Assembly (NCBI GenBank): GCA_036172245.1 | Contig: JAYWIR010000010.1 | Span: 4,278,001 to 4,342,000, forward strand | From: Raillietiella orientalis | Taxonomy: Eukaryota | DNA: 64,000 bases | Direction of reading: 5' to 3' | Shown: piece after piece, positions 37,860 through 49,803 of the stretch | How the letters are laid out: every line of letters begins with the position of its first letter | Position numbering within the stretch: position 1 is the stretch's first letter | Notes under the pieces: generated by a model | What the model was told of the DNA's origin: nothing | Databases searched by the model: none | What the model saw: only the letters and a program-made list of their open reading frames with translations | Translations under genes and position numbers: made by a program

Positions 37860-38771
37860 GGTCCTCACGATCGTTCTTCTGGCGACTAGGGTGATGATGG
37901 AGATCCTTTTGGAGTTCTTTTCTGTCTTCGCTGTTTTCCTATCAGCTTTTTTTTTTTTTTCGGGTTTTCTTTTTTGGGGGCTCGCCAAGTGCCTCAGGAA
38001 CCGTCGTACCCCTGGCGGCGGCTCACGCAGCTCTCTGACGCTGTTCCATGCCAACAGAGGGTGCGTGTAATTCTTCAAGATGGAGGGTACCCCGGGAGGG
38101 GGATTCAAGGATTCATAGGGAGGGGACCACCCTATGAATCCAGGAAGGGCTCCAGAGAAAGGAGTCAATTCCTCTCTCTCCTGGGGAGGGATCCCCGAAA
38201 GGAATCCTCCACCCTGGTTGTCTCCGAAGAGAACCCCCCAAAGGGGGCCACTCCATTGTTTCTTCTCCGAAGGGAACCCGGATAGGGTCCGCTAGTAGGA
38301 ATTTCTTCTCCGGAGGGATCCCCCCTGTTTTCCCCCCGGAAGAGAACCCCGAAGGGACGCTTCCGAAATTTCTCAGAAGGACGTTCCCCGAAGGGAGCGG
38401 CGCGCTTCTCTGCACTCTGGAGTGGTACCACACCTACGCCATGGTACGAGACGGAGGGTATCCACCAAAGGGGGAGTCCGCTTCTCTGCGCAACCAGAGG
38501 GGAACCCTCACTCCTTGATTCTGTTTCCTGGAAAACCCCGGAGGATCAACTCCCATTGCCCCGAACACTCATCGGGGGCATCCGGATTGAACCGCTACCG
38601 GTGCCACACCCGAAGTCAACTGCGGCTAAGCAGCGCCATCTTGCAGAAGGAACTGGAAACCCACGACGCACCCCCATTTCTCCGGCGTCGATTCTTCCCG
38701 GGTGGGATTCGAACCGACGACGCTTGGTGCTGCTCTCGGGAGACCGTGACTGCGTGGCCTCCGACGAGGAC
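37860..38771 (-). mobile_element. tRNA-headed hairpin-array element, complete head
   Basis: B-box GGTTCGAATCC at 38705-38715; CAAGATGGCG at 38634-38643; array at 38130-38550. Confidence 0.88.
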
Positions 38772-38779
38772 CGACACCC

Positions 38780-40216
38780 TTTCCACGCCACCCGAGGGTG
38801 CGTGTGGCTCTTCAGGCTAGGTAGCGCCCCAGGGAAAGGACCATCCCGTGAATCCAGAGAGAAGAGTCCATTCCTCTCACGCTTGGGAGGGAACCTCGAA
38901 GGGAACCTCCTCTTCCTTATTCTCTCCGGAGAAGGTCGCCCCTCGTTTCTACCCCGATTTCCACCTGGGTCACCGATGCGCAGGGGGGCTGACCTCGATC
39001 ATGGCGGAGGAGGAGTTGAGAAAACAAAAGGAAAAGGTAAATAAAAATGAATAAAAATCTCCGGAGGGTCAGAAAAGAAAAGGGCCACTGTCCACTGGAG
39101 GGAGTCTGTATCCTTTCCAGGATGCCTGCTAGGTACGTCCGTATAGGTCCCAGGTGAGGCCATCTGGCTGCTGCCATCTGCAGAATGCGTACTGCGAACT
39201 GGACGGCGCCCCGGACATCCCCTGCCGGTTACGCTTCAGGTCGTCACGATCCCGCGGATGCAGCAAAGCGCTTCTGGGGCTGCGGCTGGCTGCAGGTCAC
39301 CTCCCACAAAGAGGAGCCGTAAAACTCCTGGAGGGAGAGGGAGGCTAACTGAGATCCAGAGGATCGTCCCGAAACGTTCTCTCTGGTGCCGGAGGGCAAC
39401 ACGGTCCACGAGCAGGTGCGGGAGGGATTCCTGTTCCGCCCAGCACCTGCGACAGCCTGGGCTCACCCTTCCCAGTGTCCACTGGTGTCGGCGGGAGCTG
39501 CAGGGAAGGCCATGGCGCAACAGTAGCAGAAATGCCAACCCCTGCCACTCCAGGAGGAGAGCGCTGTTGCTATTAAGCACTGCAAAACACTCCAGGTTTC
39601 TGCCGAGCAGCTCGCCCCAGAGCTGTAGCCCTCGTGGAAGGGCACTCGAAGTCGCAGCATCCATCAGTTGCCCCATGGTCCATGCACTCATCAGTTTCTT
39701 CCTGCCTGCGTTTCTTCTTCAGAAGGATCCCCCGGAAAGGGTCCACTCTTGTTTCCTCTTCCTATGAAGAGAATTTCGAAGGAATGCTTCCCAATTTTCC
39801 TGTAGGGCGCTCCCCGAAGGGAGCAGCGCGCTTTTTCTTCATATTCTGGAGAGCTGCCATCAATCCGCCATCTCCATGGTACGAGATGGAGACTTATCCC
39901 CAAAGAGGAAAGGGTACGGCCCCATTTTCACAACCGATGGAGAACCCCGAAGGGAGCCGGCTCCTTGATTCCTGGAAGGACCCCAGAGGGTCGAACCTCA
40001 ATCCCGGCCAGTCAACGGTGGCATCCGACTTTCACTAATGCCTCGCCCGAAGCCACCGGGGGATCAACCAGCGTCATCCTGGGGGTAATGGACTCGAGAC
40101 CCATGACGCACCCTCCGTTCTCCGGCGTCGATCCTTCCCCCGGTGAGATTCGAACCCACGACGCCAGGAGACGCCACACGCTGAGACCGCAGTAGCCGCT
40201 CGGTCAGCGCTGCGGC
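38780..40216 (-). mobile_element. tRNA-headed hairpin-array element interrupted by LINE-B copy B7
   Basis: tRNA-like head GCAGCGCTGACCGAGCGG..GTGGGTTCGAATCTCACC (B-box 40146-40156). Body stops near 39710 and resumes colinearly near 38950. Confidence 0.82.
38957..39708 (-). mobile_element. 5'-truncated LINE-B copy (B7)
   Basis: CRRCWAEQESLPHLLVDR. Ends CCCAGGTGGAAAT. Degenerate TSD CGTTTCT(A/T)C on both sides. Confidence 0.85.
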
Positions 40217-41199
40217 CAGGTGGTGCAGCCCTCCGCTCCAAATTCCTGCGCAGGAAGTTCCTCGACTCATTCCTGACGTTCCCGTAGACCCTGTCGAACC
40301 CTTCGTTTCTCGGTGGCGGGCCGCTGTCGACTCAGAGCCGCTTCCTCCTCCAGAGTGCCGTGCACCTCCGAGCGTCCGAGATGAAATAAACTCTTCGCAA
40401 CATCGCAGTTCTGCTGCCTCCGAGAGCGGCCGCCGCGATACCGAAGAGTCTCCGCAGGGGAAATCGCCCCTGAGGTCCCGAAGAAGGGTCCCAGGGGCTC
40501 AGGGGAAAGTGAAAGCAGCGTTGCAGAAGAGCCGAAGAGCCATCGCGTCGCTCCTTCCTTCAGAGACCTCTCCCTCCTTCCCCTCGACAGGGAAGCTCTG
40601 GGAGAACCCGTCCTCCAGCCCTTCTGCACCCTTCGCGAGCCCCGCTCCTTCTCCCCGACTCGCCGGAGCCTGAGAAAACCAGCCGCCTCCCGACGAGGAA
40701 GCACTGGGGGAGGCTTTGTTCCCGGAGGCTGGGTGGACGGATGGCTTTGCTTCGGTGCTACCCCATATTCAGCAGGTCCCCATCGCCACACCTTGGAGGA
40801 TGCCAACCTCCAGGATGCCGCCGCCCTGCTGTCCCCAGCGCAGCAACCGACGCCTTCTGTGGGACGGGGTGAGCCTCGTGCGGGACGCCTCGTGACCCAA
40901 CGCCAGGTCAGCCTGCCAAAGGGAACCCGTACAATGGCGCCGATGGAAAAGCGGAGCAGTCCGAACCCCAGCCATCGAGAACGCCCCACCCCACTGAGGG
41001 GCTCGAGAATAAGTTGGGGTCGTTTTGGTCCCCGGGGATTCCGGCTATTCGCTCTGCCGTACGGCGCTCCCTTCCCTCCCTTCTGCTGGGATGGGCGCGC
41101 CGGCTGTTCCCAGGGAGGCCTTACAGGGAGCAGGAAGCGAACGAAACAGGCCCATTCCGTCTCTCGCCTCTGCCGTTGCCTGGGAGACCGCACAGGCGA

Positions 41200-44100
41200 T
41201 TGGTCGCATGGGAATCCCATGAACGCGTTCCGAAGGGAGGCAAACGCGCTGAACACTGCGCTGCTCAAAGCAACACGCGGCAACAACGAATGGCGTCGCT
41301 AGCGAAGGAGTCTTCCCGCTGGCGCCGCCTCGGGAGGCGAGGGGAGAGGAGGGCGGTGGGTCGGCGGGGACGGACTGCGAAGCCGCCCTGACGTCGCCGC
41401 CGCCGCGGACTTCCGCGACAGGAGAGTTGCGAAGACCCCGCTCTACCCGGAAGGCGGCGACCACCACCGGACCAGGCGCGCAGCAACCGGGGGACTTCGC
41501 AGAAGAAGGGAACGATCCGCTCAGCCCCCGCTCTCCTGGAGTCAGCGCCTCCCAGAAGCAAAGTCCTCCTCCTCCTTCTCCCCCCCCTCGGCGGTGGTCA
41601 TTTCGACGAATACTACGAACGTTCGCGTCCGTCACCACCCTTTACGGAGAGCCTCCTACCGGTCACAGTCCCGGACTCTGCGGAGGAATCGCTGCCACAG
41701 TCATCGGACGCTTCCGCAGCTCCTCCGGTGGCACCCTCAGCCGCCGCCACCGCCACCGTCGCCGCTGCCGCTGCCGTGGCGAAGACGGCGAGGGGCGTCC
41801 TCGCGACGTCGTCCCTTCCGAGCGCCCCTACCGCGACGTCCTCAGTTGTCCTTCCTGGAGCGCCTTCTGGGTGCCGGGATCGGCACAGTTCCCCGCAGCA
41901 TGCCCGGCTGAGGTCGTACCGCACGGCCTGCGGCAGCAGAAGGGCGCAGCGTGGCTCCGCGCGCCCTCGACCCTGCCAGTCAGCGGGAATCGGTCCTCTC
42001 CCCCTCTCCCCTCCCCCTCCTTAGAACGAGAGCTCCCTCCGCTTGACCCTTCTTGACCTGAGCTCGGAACGATTCCCGATTCCTGCCGGAAGGATTCCGC
42101 CACCCCCACCCCTCCCACCCTGTCCGTCGTTCCGCCCGCATCGACACCGGGCCTTTCCGAGCATTGACATCTAAGGCGACCCCCCAACGGTACGATGCCA
42201 TCCTCCAGACTCATGCAAAAGATGGCTGCCACGTGAATGGGGGTGCAGCCGCGGGCCCGTTGCGTCGCCCATCCATTCTTAGTGACCCAAGATGCTGAGG
42301 AGCCGCCTGCCAGGATCCAAAAGGTCACCCGGGCGACCTCCGCCGACAGACGGGCCCCAGGGCCTCGGCGTTCGGCCTTTTTTTTCCGGAGTGCCCTGGA
42401 GCTGCTCTCGGGGAGGGGACAAAGACGCGCGGGGCAACTTCTTCACTGCACCTGCTCAGCTTCGGGCCGGGTGGGGGCAACGGCCCACTCCGGGTGCAGA
42501 CCCATCGCAGTGGGCCCCTCCCTCCGCAGCCTCCGGCGAGTGGGAGGAGCGACGGATGCGGAAGATCCCAGAGTGCCACAGGAGGACAGCGGGAGATCCT
42601 CCTGGCTTCCTTGGGGCATGCAGTCGGTCCCGACTGGGAAGACGTGGACCAGCGTCCAGACGGTGGAGTCCCGAGGCTCGAAGGATTCTCACGAAGAAAG
42701 GGAGCGAGAGAAATCACCAGGGTAATGGTTGGAGCTGGGAAGGGCAGGGGAGAAGCTGTCCTGCCCTTCCCTTTCCGGGAAGGAAGCGGTCGATCGCATC
42801 CAATGACACGCATGGCGACCTCGCGTGCGCACTCTCGCCCCAGGCAAGGGCCCTCCCCCCGCGCCAGGGTTCCCCACGGTGGCTCCTTTTCCCTCCTTCA
42901 ACCCCAGGTGGATCCTCCCTGCTGCTGCCCGGGTGACCCGGAACTCCCTCCCTTGCGGCGCATCTCAGGAGCGCACGCGCGGAGCGTGCTGGATATATCC
43001 ACCCCTCCGTTGAACGACTTTCTGCCCAATGTCCTCCGATGACCCGGTCCCGGTGACCTCTTATCCGTCGCGGGGTATACCCGAGGGTTGCATCCGGTTC
43101 AGAGTACTCCTTTCCAGGGAAGAGACCCCTCGTGACCAGGAGGATGGGTCCACTCCACTTCCAAACTTGTCCCCGCCCCGACAGCGCGCCGCACCCGCTG
43201 AGGGTCCTTTGACGCTCCTGTCACGAACAGCGCGCGGACCGGGGTCCCCAGGAAGACCAGATGGGCCTCACAGGGATCCGGGAGCCCAGATCCTGAGGCT
43301 GCGTACCGGATTTTGGGGAGGCGATCTGGAGGTCAGCAGCCCGGTGGCTCCTCCAGCGACGACGGGTCTGCCGTGAGGCGACCGCGAGCGGGCTGATGGT
43401 GAGTATGGGACGGGGCTCTCCTCCGCCCTTGCCGCCCGCCGCCTCCGCCTCTGAGCGCAGCCTTGGCGCTGCACGCCCGGGCACGGTGTGGCTCCGGCAG
43501 CGAATAGAGAAGAGGCCGTCACAGCGTGCCAAGTCTGTTTGCCCCCAGGAGGCGACCTGACCAGCCAGCTCACTCTTCCCCGCGCCTTCCTCCAGTGCAC
43601 TCATCGCTCCTCAGACTCCGGAGCCTCGACTGGACCCACCCCCTACGCCGAGTGGGTGCGTGAGCAACCCTCGCTCTCCTCTCCTTTCTTCCTATCTTCC
43701 TCTTCCTCCTTCTCCCTTCCTTCTCCTCATCTCCACCGTCATCATCCTCATTTGCGACGCCGTCGCCGTCGTTGCAGGCCCCATGGGTCATCTCCGGAAA
43801 GCTACGTGGGACGCGCGCCGCTGCCGACCGCACCGCATCTTCCGTCTTTCTTTCCCGTGGGCTGGCGCTCGCCTTCCCGGCGCGCGCGGGTGTGGGGTAC
43901 CCGCGCCACTGCTAAGGATTCTCCCGGGAGCTCTCTAGGACGGAAAGCCGTCCCACTGTGCTCCCAAGGGCATTCCGGGTGCAGGACGCAGAGGAAGTGG
44001 CCCGGTAGTGTCCAACGGGCCCGAGGACAGTGCACCCGGAAAACCGCCTGGTTCCCGTGCTACCGCGGACGTCTTCTGCGGTCCTTGCCTAGTTCCTTCA

Positions 44101-44580
44101 CCCGCCCGCGGGCGGGACGCGGCGGCGCGCGGAGGTCGCACCGACGGCTGACTGGAGACCTGGCGACGGGACGCGCTATCGCCGTCTCTGGGGTGACCCC
44201 TCCGCCGCGTGCGTCGTTCACCTGGGGTTGACTCTACGTGCGTCCGTGTCACCCCGGCGCGGCTTCCATTGTGAGCCACGGGTCAATGCCCGATGGAGAC
44301 GGCTCGGAGCCCGCGCGGCACGTGCCGGAGTGGTCGGTGGGGAGCGAAGCCCGGGGTTTCGCTTCGCGAGCGCGGGAGCGGCGTCGCTCGGGTGCCCCAT
44401 GTGCGTCTTCCTCGTTCCGGTCTCGTTCCGGAATTGGGGACCTGTCTTCTCACCCCCACGACCCTCGCTGCCACCCCTGTCTTCCGTGAGGGAGCACACT
44501 GCAGCGGCGGTGCTCCTTGCCTTCCGCACGCTCCCTTCCGAGCTCCCCGAGAAGACTGCGCCGCCACTGGAGCCTTTGGG
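41200..44580 (-). pseudogene. GC-rich, heavily decayed ankyrin-repeat remnant
   Basis: Minus-strand motifs GCTPIHVAA, GVALDVNARKG, DANVRS, TLLLGGADS, VNDARGGGVTP, RGARKGACGRQGAPPLQCA; scattered over frames. Confidence 0.42.
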
Positions 44581-45554
44581 GAGGTAGAAGGGAAAGGCGG
44601 CCACGGAACTCCGTGAGACGCGTTTATCCGGGCGCACCCGGAGACGCCGCGCGGTTACAGCGCTGCACTCGCGCGTCCGCGGCGCTGAGCACCCCGAAAT
44701 TTCATTTCTGGAGCCAATTTCAAAGCCAAGGGGAGCCTTCTATGTGGCCGCTCCCAACCCCACAATGCAATTTCAGGATCCTCTCCATCGGCATTTGGTT
44801 TTTGTTTCTTCGCTCAATCCCCTCCTTCTCCTCCGATTACCCCTTTACCCCTGGGTCTTCACCTTTTTGTCTCACAAACCCCGTGCGGCGAAAGAACAGT
44901 GACTGCCGGGATTAGAGGTCTCGAATTCCGGGACAGCAGCCACTACGAGCTGCGCGTCATCCACAGGGTGATGCCATTCCATGCATTCGCCTTCTATTTA
45001 TGGATCGCAAACAGGGTTGCAGCATACATTTGTAGTGCAGTTTTCCGCTCTTTGATTTTTACAATTCCAACTCCCGTGCTCTCTTTTGGCGGACGAGTCC
45101 CCCTTTCCGCTCTCCCTCCCCCTCTCTCTCTCCCAGACGATGCCGGAACGTGACCTGTGAAAGAGAACGTATCCACGTGGGATGGCCATCCACGGATTGG
45201 ACAGTGCATTCTTTTCCTTTCTTTTCGTCGCTGTCTCCTATGTGGCCTATGTGTTTCGTCTGCGGTCTGAGAAGCTCAACGGGAAGCTCAGCATCTGGAA
45301 AACATTCTTCCAGACGCAAACCAAGAACGACGCTGTCATTTCTTTTTTTTCTGGAGGGAGGGAGGGGGAGGGGGACGGAGCATTAAACCTATTAAGCGGC
45401 AGCGTGTTGCTTCTTTCTGCCTTTTCATCCCGTTGCACTAGGGTGTTTGTTATCGATCACAGATAATGGGAAGTCCCTCACTGATCCCCAGAAGCAGGGG
45501 ACATGGAGGCCGCCCCCATAGGCTACGGTCACTGATTGAGCTTAGGAATAGGAG

Positions 45555-45832
45555 AATGAATAAGTAAATGAATGAATGAATGGATAAATAAGTAAGTAAA
45601 TTAGTAAGTAAATGGATGAATAATTAATTAGCTGAGTAAGTAAGTGAATGAATAAGTCAGTAAATGAATAAATGAATAGGTAAGTTAGTAGGTGAGTAAA
45701 TAATTGAATGAATAACAAGTAAGTAAATAAATGAACAATTGAGTAAGTAGGTAAGTAAATGGGTCAATAAGTGACTAAGTATGTAAGTGGATGGATGAAT
45801 GAGTAAGTAAGTAAGCAAGCCAGCAAGTAAGT
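45555..45832. repeat. Degenerate tetranucleotide satellite (TAAG/TGAA/TAAA)n
   Basis: Visible 4-bp periodicity. Confidence 0.92.
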
Positions 45833-48800
45833 ATCGTGCAACCAATTTGGGTCCCGTGCGCTGCTGAGAGGGCTGCTTGCATCTCGTGGCTCCTTCCGAC
45901 GCGCCGTTAAGGGCATGCTGATGTAAAAATGGCACGAATCTCCCCCTCCATTCTCTCAAAGAATCCACCCACGGAACGAGAAACTGCGGAGTCATCGCCT
46001 GCAGAGGCATCATCGAATCGAATCCCCATCTCTGCGCTCAAGAATGAAAATTTTAATCTAGGAGGAGAGAAAAGGGAAACAGCCAGAAAAAAAAAAGAAA
46101 GAAAGAAAGAGTCGATAGCGGTTCTCAGGCGCGAGCTTAATGGCGAATTTTCTCCTGCCACGCAAGAATTGTAGAGCTCCTATAAGTTCTAGAAGAGCGA
46201 GAGAGCATTCCCAGTGCCTACAGGAGACTTAAAGAATCAATAGGGAAATTCAATTCGAACATCTGATGGACTACTGCAACCACATGAGATAAAATTCGGA
46301 AGAAGGAAAGCACCCTTTAGCCAAGAGCGCAGCGTGTTCAACACCAAAGTGAACTCGCGATCGCGTCCACACCAGCCGAAGCCCAGAGGGCGTTTTGTGA
46401 CAGAATGATCAGCAGTAGGGCTGCCAGTTGATGCCTGCCCCCTTCTTGGAGTTCCGTTTCCTGAGGCTTTGCTTTGGGGAAGAAAAAAAAAAAAAAAGAA
46501 GGGTGGTGGTGGAGGAGGCATCCGATTTCGAATGTTATATTCGAAAGCTTCTCTTGTTCGGGATTTAAAAGAAACGACGGGCGCTGTGCAAAGAAGCAAC
46601 GAAATTTTGCAGAAGAGGTTTTTGAAGCTTCTTGCACCTGAAGCTGGAGGCTACGCTCACAGGAACGGTGCTTTATCTCGTTGCTACCGGGATGCAGATG
46701 AAAGACTGTTGGGATTTCACCAAACGAGAGGCTCGATCTCGAATCGTCAAGTCTGAACAGCTTTTTGCAGACTCACCGACTCTCTGCCAAGCAGCCGAAC
46801 TTTCGAAAGTCCTCACAGTAAGAATGCCCCGCAGCTCCCCTTCTACTGTTGTCATTGTGCAGTTGCTTTGAGAACAATTCGTGTTGCAGGAGTGTTTATC
46901 GCAAGACGTTACAGTCGCCAAAAATAAGTTGCAAATTACACGCATTTGACGTAAGGAGGTGAGAGGACCACGTGGCAGCTTGTCCCAAGAGGACGCTCTT
47001 CAGTTACCGGGTCGGTTTCTCTTTCGTGAGTCGCGCCGACTTACCGAAGATGGACCTCGAAGCCTGTCGAGTTATTCCAGTGTGAAATGAGGAAAACTGT
47101 CAGAGACGTGACGGCATGGCGACTGCCTCATGAAAAGCCCTTTATCGGCTCCCAGCACGTTGGAGTAACAAAAGCCGTCATGGCAGATGCAAGGAAGTGA
47201 TCTTGAGTTCCACGAGGCGCAGGAGAGTGGGCAGAAAAATGAAATCTCCGGTTCGAATCGTCCAGAGATGCCTGTCGCACTTACGGCTTGATGCACTTGG
47301 AGATCGAGGCCTGGGCACCAGGTCCCGCCGTTGCTAAGGGTCTCACGGAGTTGCCCTTCCCGTGGCTGAGGCGAATTCCAAGCAAGAGGCATAGTGGGTC
47401 TTCCGAATCCGGCTCACGTTTGAAGAAATTTCCAGGCAAGCACCAGCAGACGGGATAAATCTCTCTCCTGCTCACAAGCATTTGGTGCGATTCCCGGGAA
47501 GTGCTGCTGCTCGTCAGAACGTCCAAATGATACTCTTGGATGCCGCTGAGGCTGCTGGGGACAAAGAAAAGAGCGTATGATCCGCGAAGAGAAAGTCCAG
47601 TACTTCCGCCTCCAGCTAAGGAAGACTACAGCTTCCAAGGCGAGAAAACCGATCAAATGAGGAAATGAATGCTGAGAGCAGCCCTCGAAGTGTTTTTTTT
47701 TTGTGAAGTGGGCATCCCCTCGGATGGGAGTGCATTCTGGCTGCTATTGAACCGCTTGGGTGTACTCTGGGAGAAAAAGGAAAGGCAGATATCCACAGGC
47801 TGTTCCAAGAAACAGTGGATTGCGAGTTCCATCTGGAAAGTTGCTCTGGACTCTTCATGTCGACGGTGCAAGCTCTGCTCCCAGTTGCGTCCTTCAAGAG
47901 AGTTTCCAAGGAAGCTGCAACAGCGTCCCAGGACCGAACCCCTGGAACCAGCCATTCGAGGGTCGGAATTTAATTTCCGGAATCACGAAAGGAAATTCCG
48001 ATGTGGTGGATAGCACGACCCGGCGTGGTGGTCGAATCGCGCGCACTTCTGTTTGTTAGTCCATTGCAAATACATTGCCTCTGGGAAACAAGCACGTGAG
48101 ATGGGGTGCTGGAGCCGAAGTGCATGATGGGTGGAGACCCGAAACGTCTGGAGTTTTGAACTGGGAGCAAGAACTGCTTGCCCCATCCTCAGACACAGAA
48201 GCCCTGCTACATATCAGTCCTCCCTGGCTATATTATATAAGGTTGTGTTGATTTCCTAATATTCCGAACATTTATGGTATTTGGAGATCAGAGCACATGT
48301 TCAGTTTCTCTCAAAGAATTGATTATAAATGTGATGTTATGTACCAGGCATGATATACAGTGAGCGACCCTCTCGAAGATCGTTTTCGCGGAGTGACGTC
48401 ATCAGCGCGTGCAATCAGCATGGCGGCCAACAATGCGATGTAAGGTGCGCGACCTGAAACCGTCCGGCCAGAGATCGGCTTAGCGGCGAAACGCAGTGGC
48501 CCTCCTTCTATGAACACGTTTCATTAAATAATGATTAATTTAACCTCCCTGCAAATATATATTAATAACCATATTCGACGGATTGAAATAGACATAAAGT
48601 ATTAAACACTATAAAACAAGAAAGAATAATTATAAATCAACCTGTCTTCACCTTGACTTCATCTATTCGAAATGCAAGAAAAGTGGATTCAAATGAAATT
48701 TATGATTCAAAGTCAAATTTTCTTCCCATGCAAATAAAAAGAATTCAAACAAAAAAAAGGGATTTGGGAATTTCCACGGGGCAGTGTCGTTTTGAAAAAC

Positions 48801-49803
48801 GCGCTCGCGCAGAATCACTCGACTGGAATCTCTGGGATAGATGTGACTCCCTGTACTGGAAACTGCGGTCGCCATGGAGACCGAGGGATGGAGGCTAGGC
48901 CCGTCGTGTGCTTTTAGAAGCCAAATTCTGTCGGGGAAGGAAGGGGGGGGGGGGGCAAAGTGCTTGCAGCACTTTTCCCCCCACGCCACCCCGTTCCCTC
49001 TAACAGAAGAATTCCCTGAAATTCACCACCGCCCTTTTGTCGACGAAAGCCAACGCGCTGGCGAAATCTTCTCTCAGTCTCACCAGCCTTATCACGATGA
49101 TGATACGTCGCACCGACATCTTCCCTCCGACGCAAAAAAAAGAAAAAAGAAGTCCTCTGAGAGCCTCGCACGTACTCTTCGCCCTGGCGAATGAGTGGTT
49201 CGCTTAGGGCAAAGAAGACTCCAGTTAGACGCTTGCCGTTTGTCCAGAGAAGCGGAAGCAGCCGGCCCTCGGAGGAAACGAGGCTTGTCTGTCGGTTTTC
49301 TTGAAGCGTTTGCGATGAGTAGCAGAGAGAGAGAAAAGCTGAGCTCATTTGATCCTCAAGAGCGCACAAACCGGACGACGGAAGGTCTGACTGGTACCAT
49401 CAACGAATCCTCTATGGCGCTTCTTCTTCGCCCTCCTTGCTCCATTCGTCTCGGTCCGTTCATACTCTGAGACAGCTGGAACGCTTCCCCGCGTCTTTCC
49501 TTTCGTCGGAGCACTGCTCTTTCCGTGACCTGCGAAGGGCCTGCCGGCATCCTGGGATTGCATCGAGTCAAACCGAAGCGCCCACTTCCTCCACTGGAAG
49601 CGCTCCTGAGTGCCCTGGGAGTTGTGAAAACGCTCCGGGACGGGAACAGGGGAGCATCGCAACGAATGGGGGAGTGTGCTCCCTCTGTTTGGAGACTCTC
49701 TAGTGTTCCTGCTGGTTATGAGGACGAGAGAGAGCTCGGTTCGAGCGATTGATTTCGGTGCCCGGAGGAGCCCACCCTCTCACCTTCCATTTTCATCCCG
49801 TGA

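Noticed and set aside
38957..40216. Head + array + LINE-B tail as one chimeric SINE
   Set aside because: The array body resumes beyond the LINE-B end (38780-38950), so this is a nested insertion.
40267..41302. Long track ORFs (339 aa and similar at 17.7-18.7 and 19.0-19.8 kb) as genes
   Set aside because: Overlapping R/P/S/G-rich frames typical of high-GC DNA; no coherent domain.
48385..48430. TGACGTCA plus CATGGCGGC promoter-like cluster
   Set aside because: Short motifs with no associated gene to support them.
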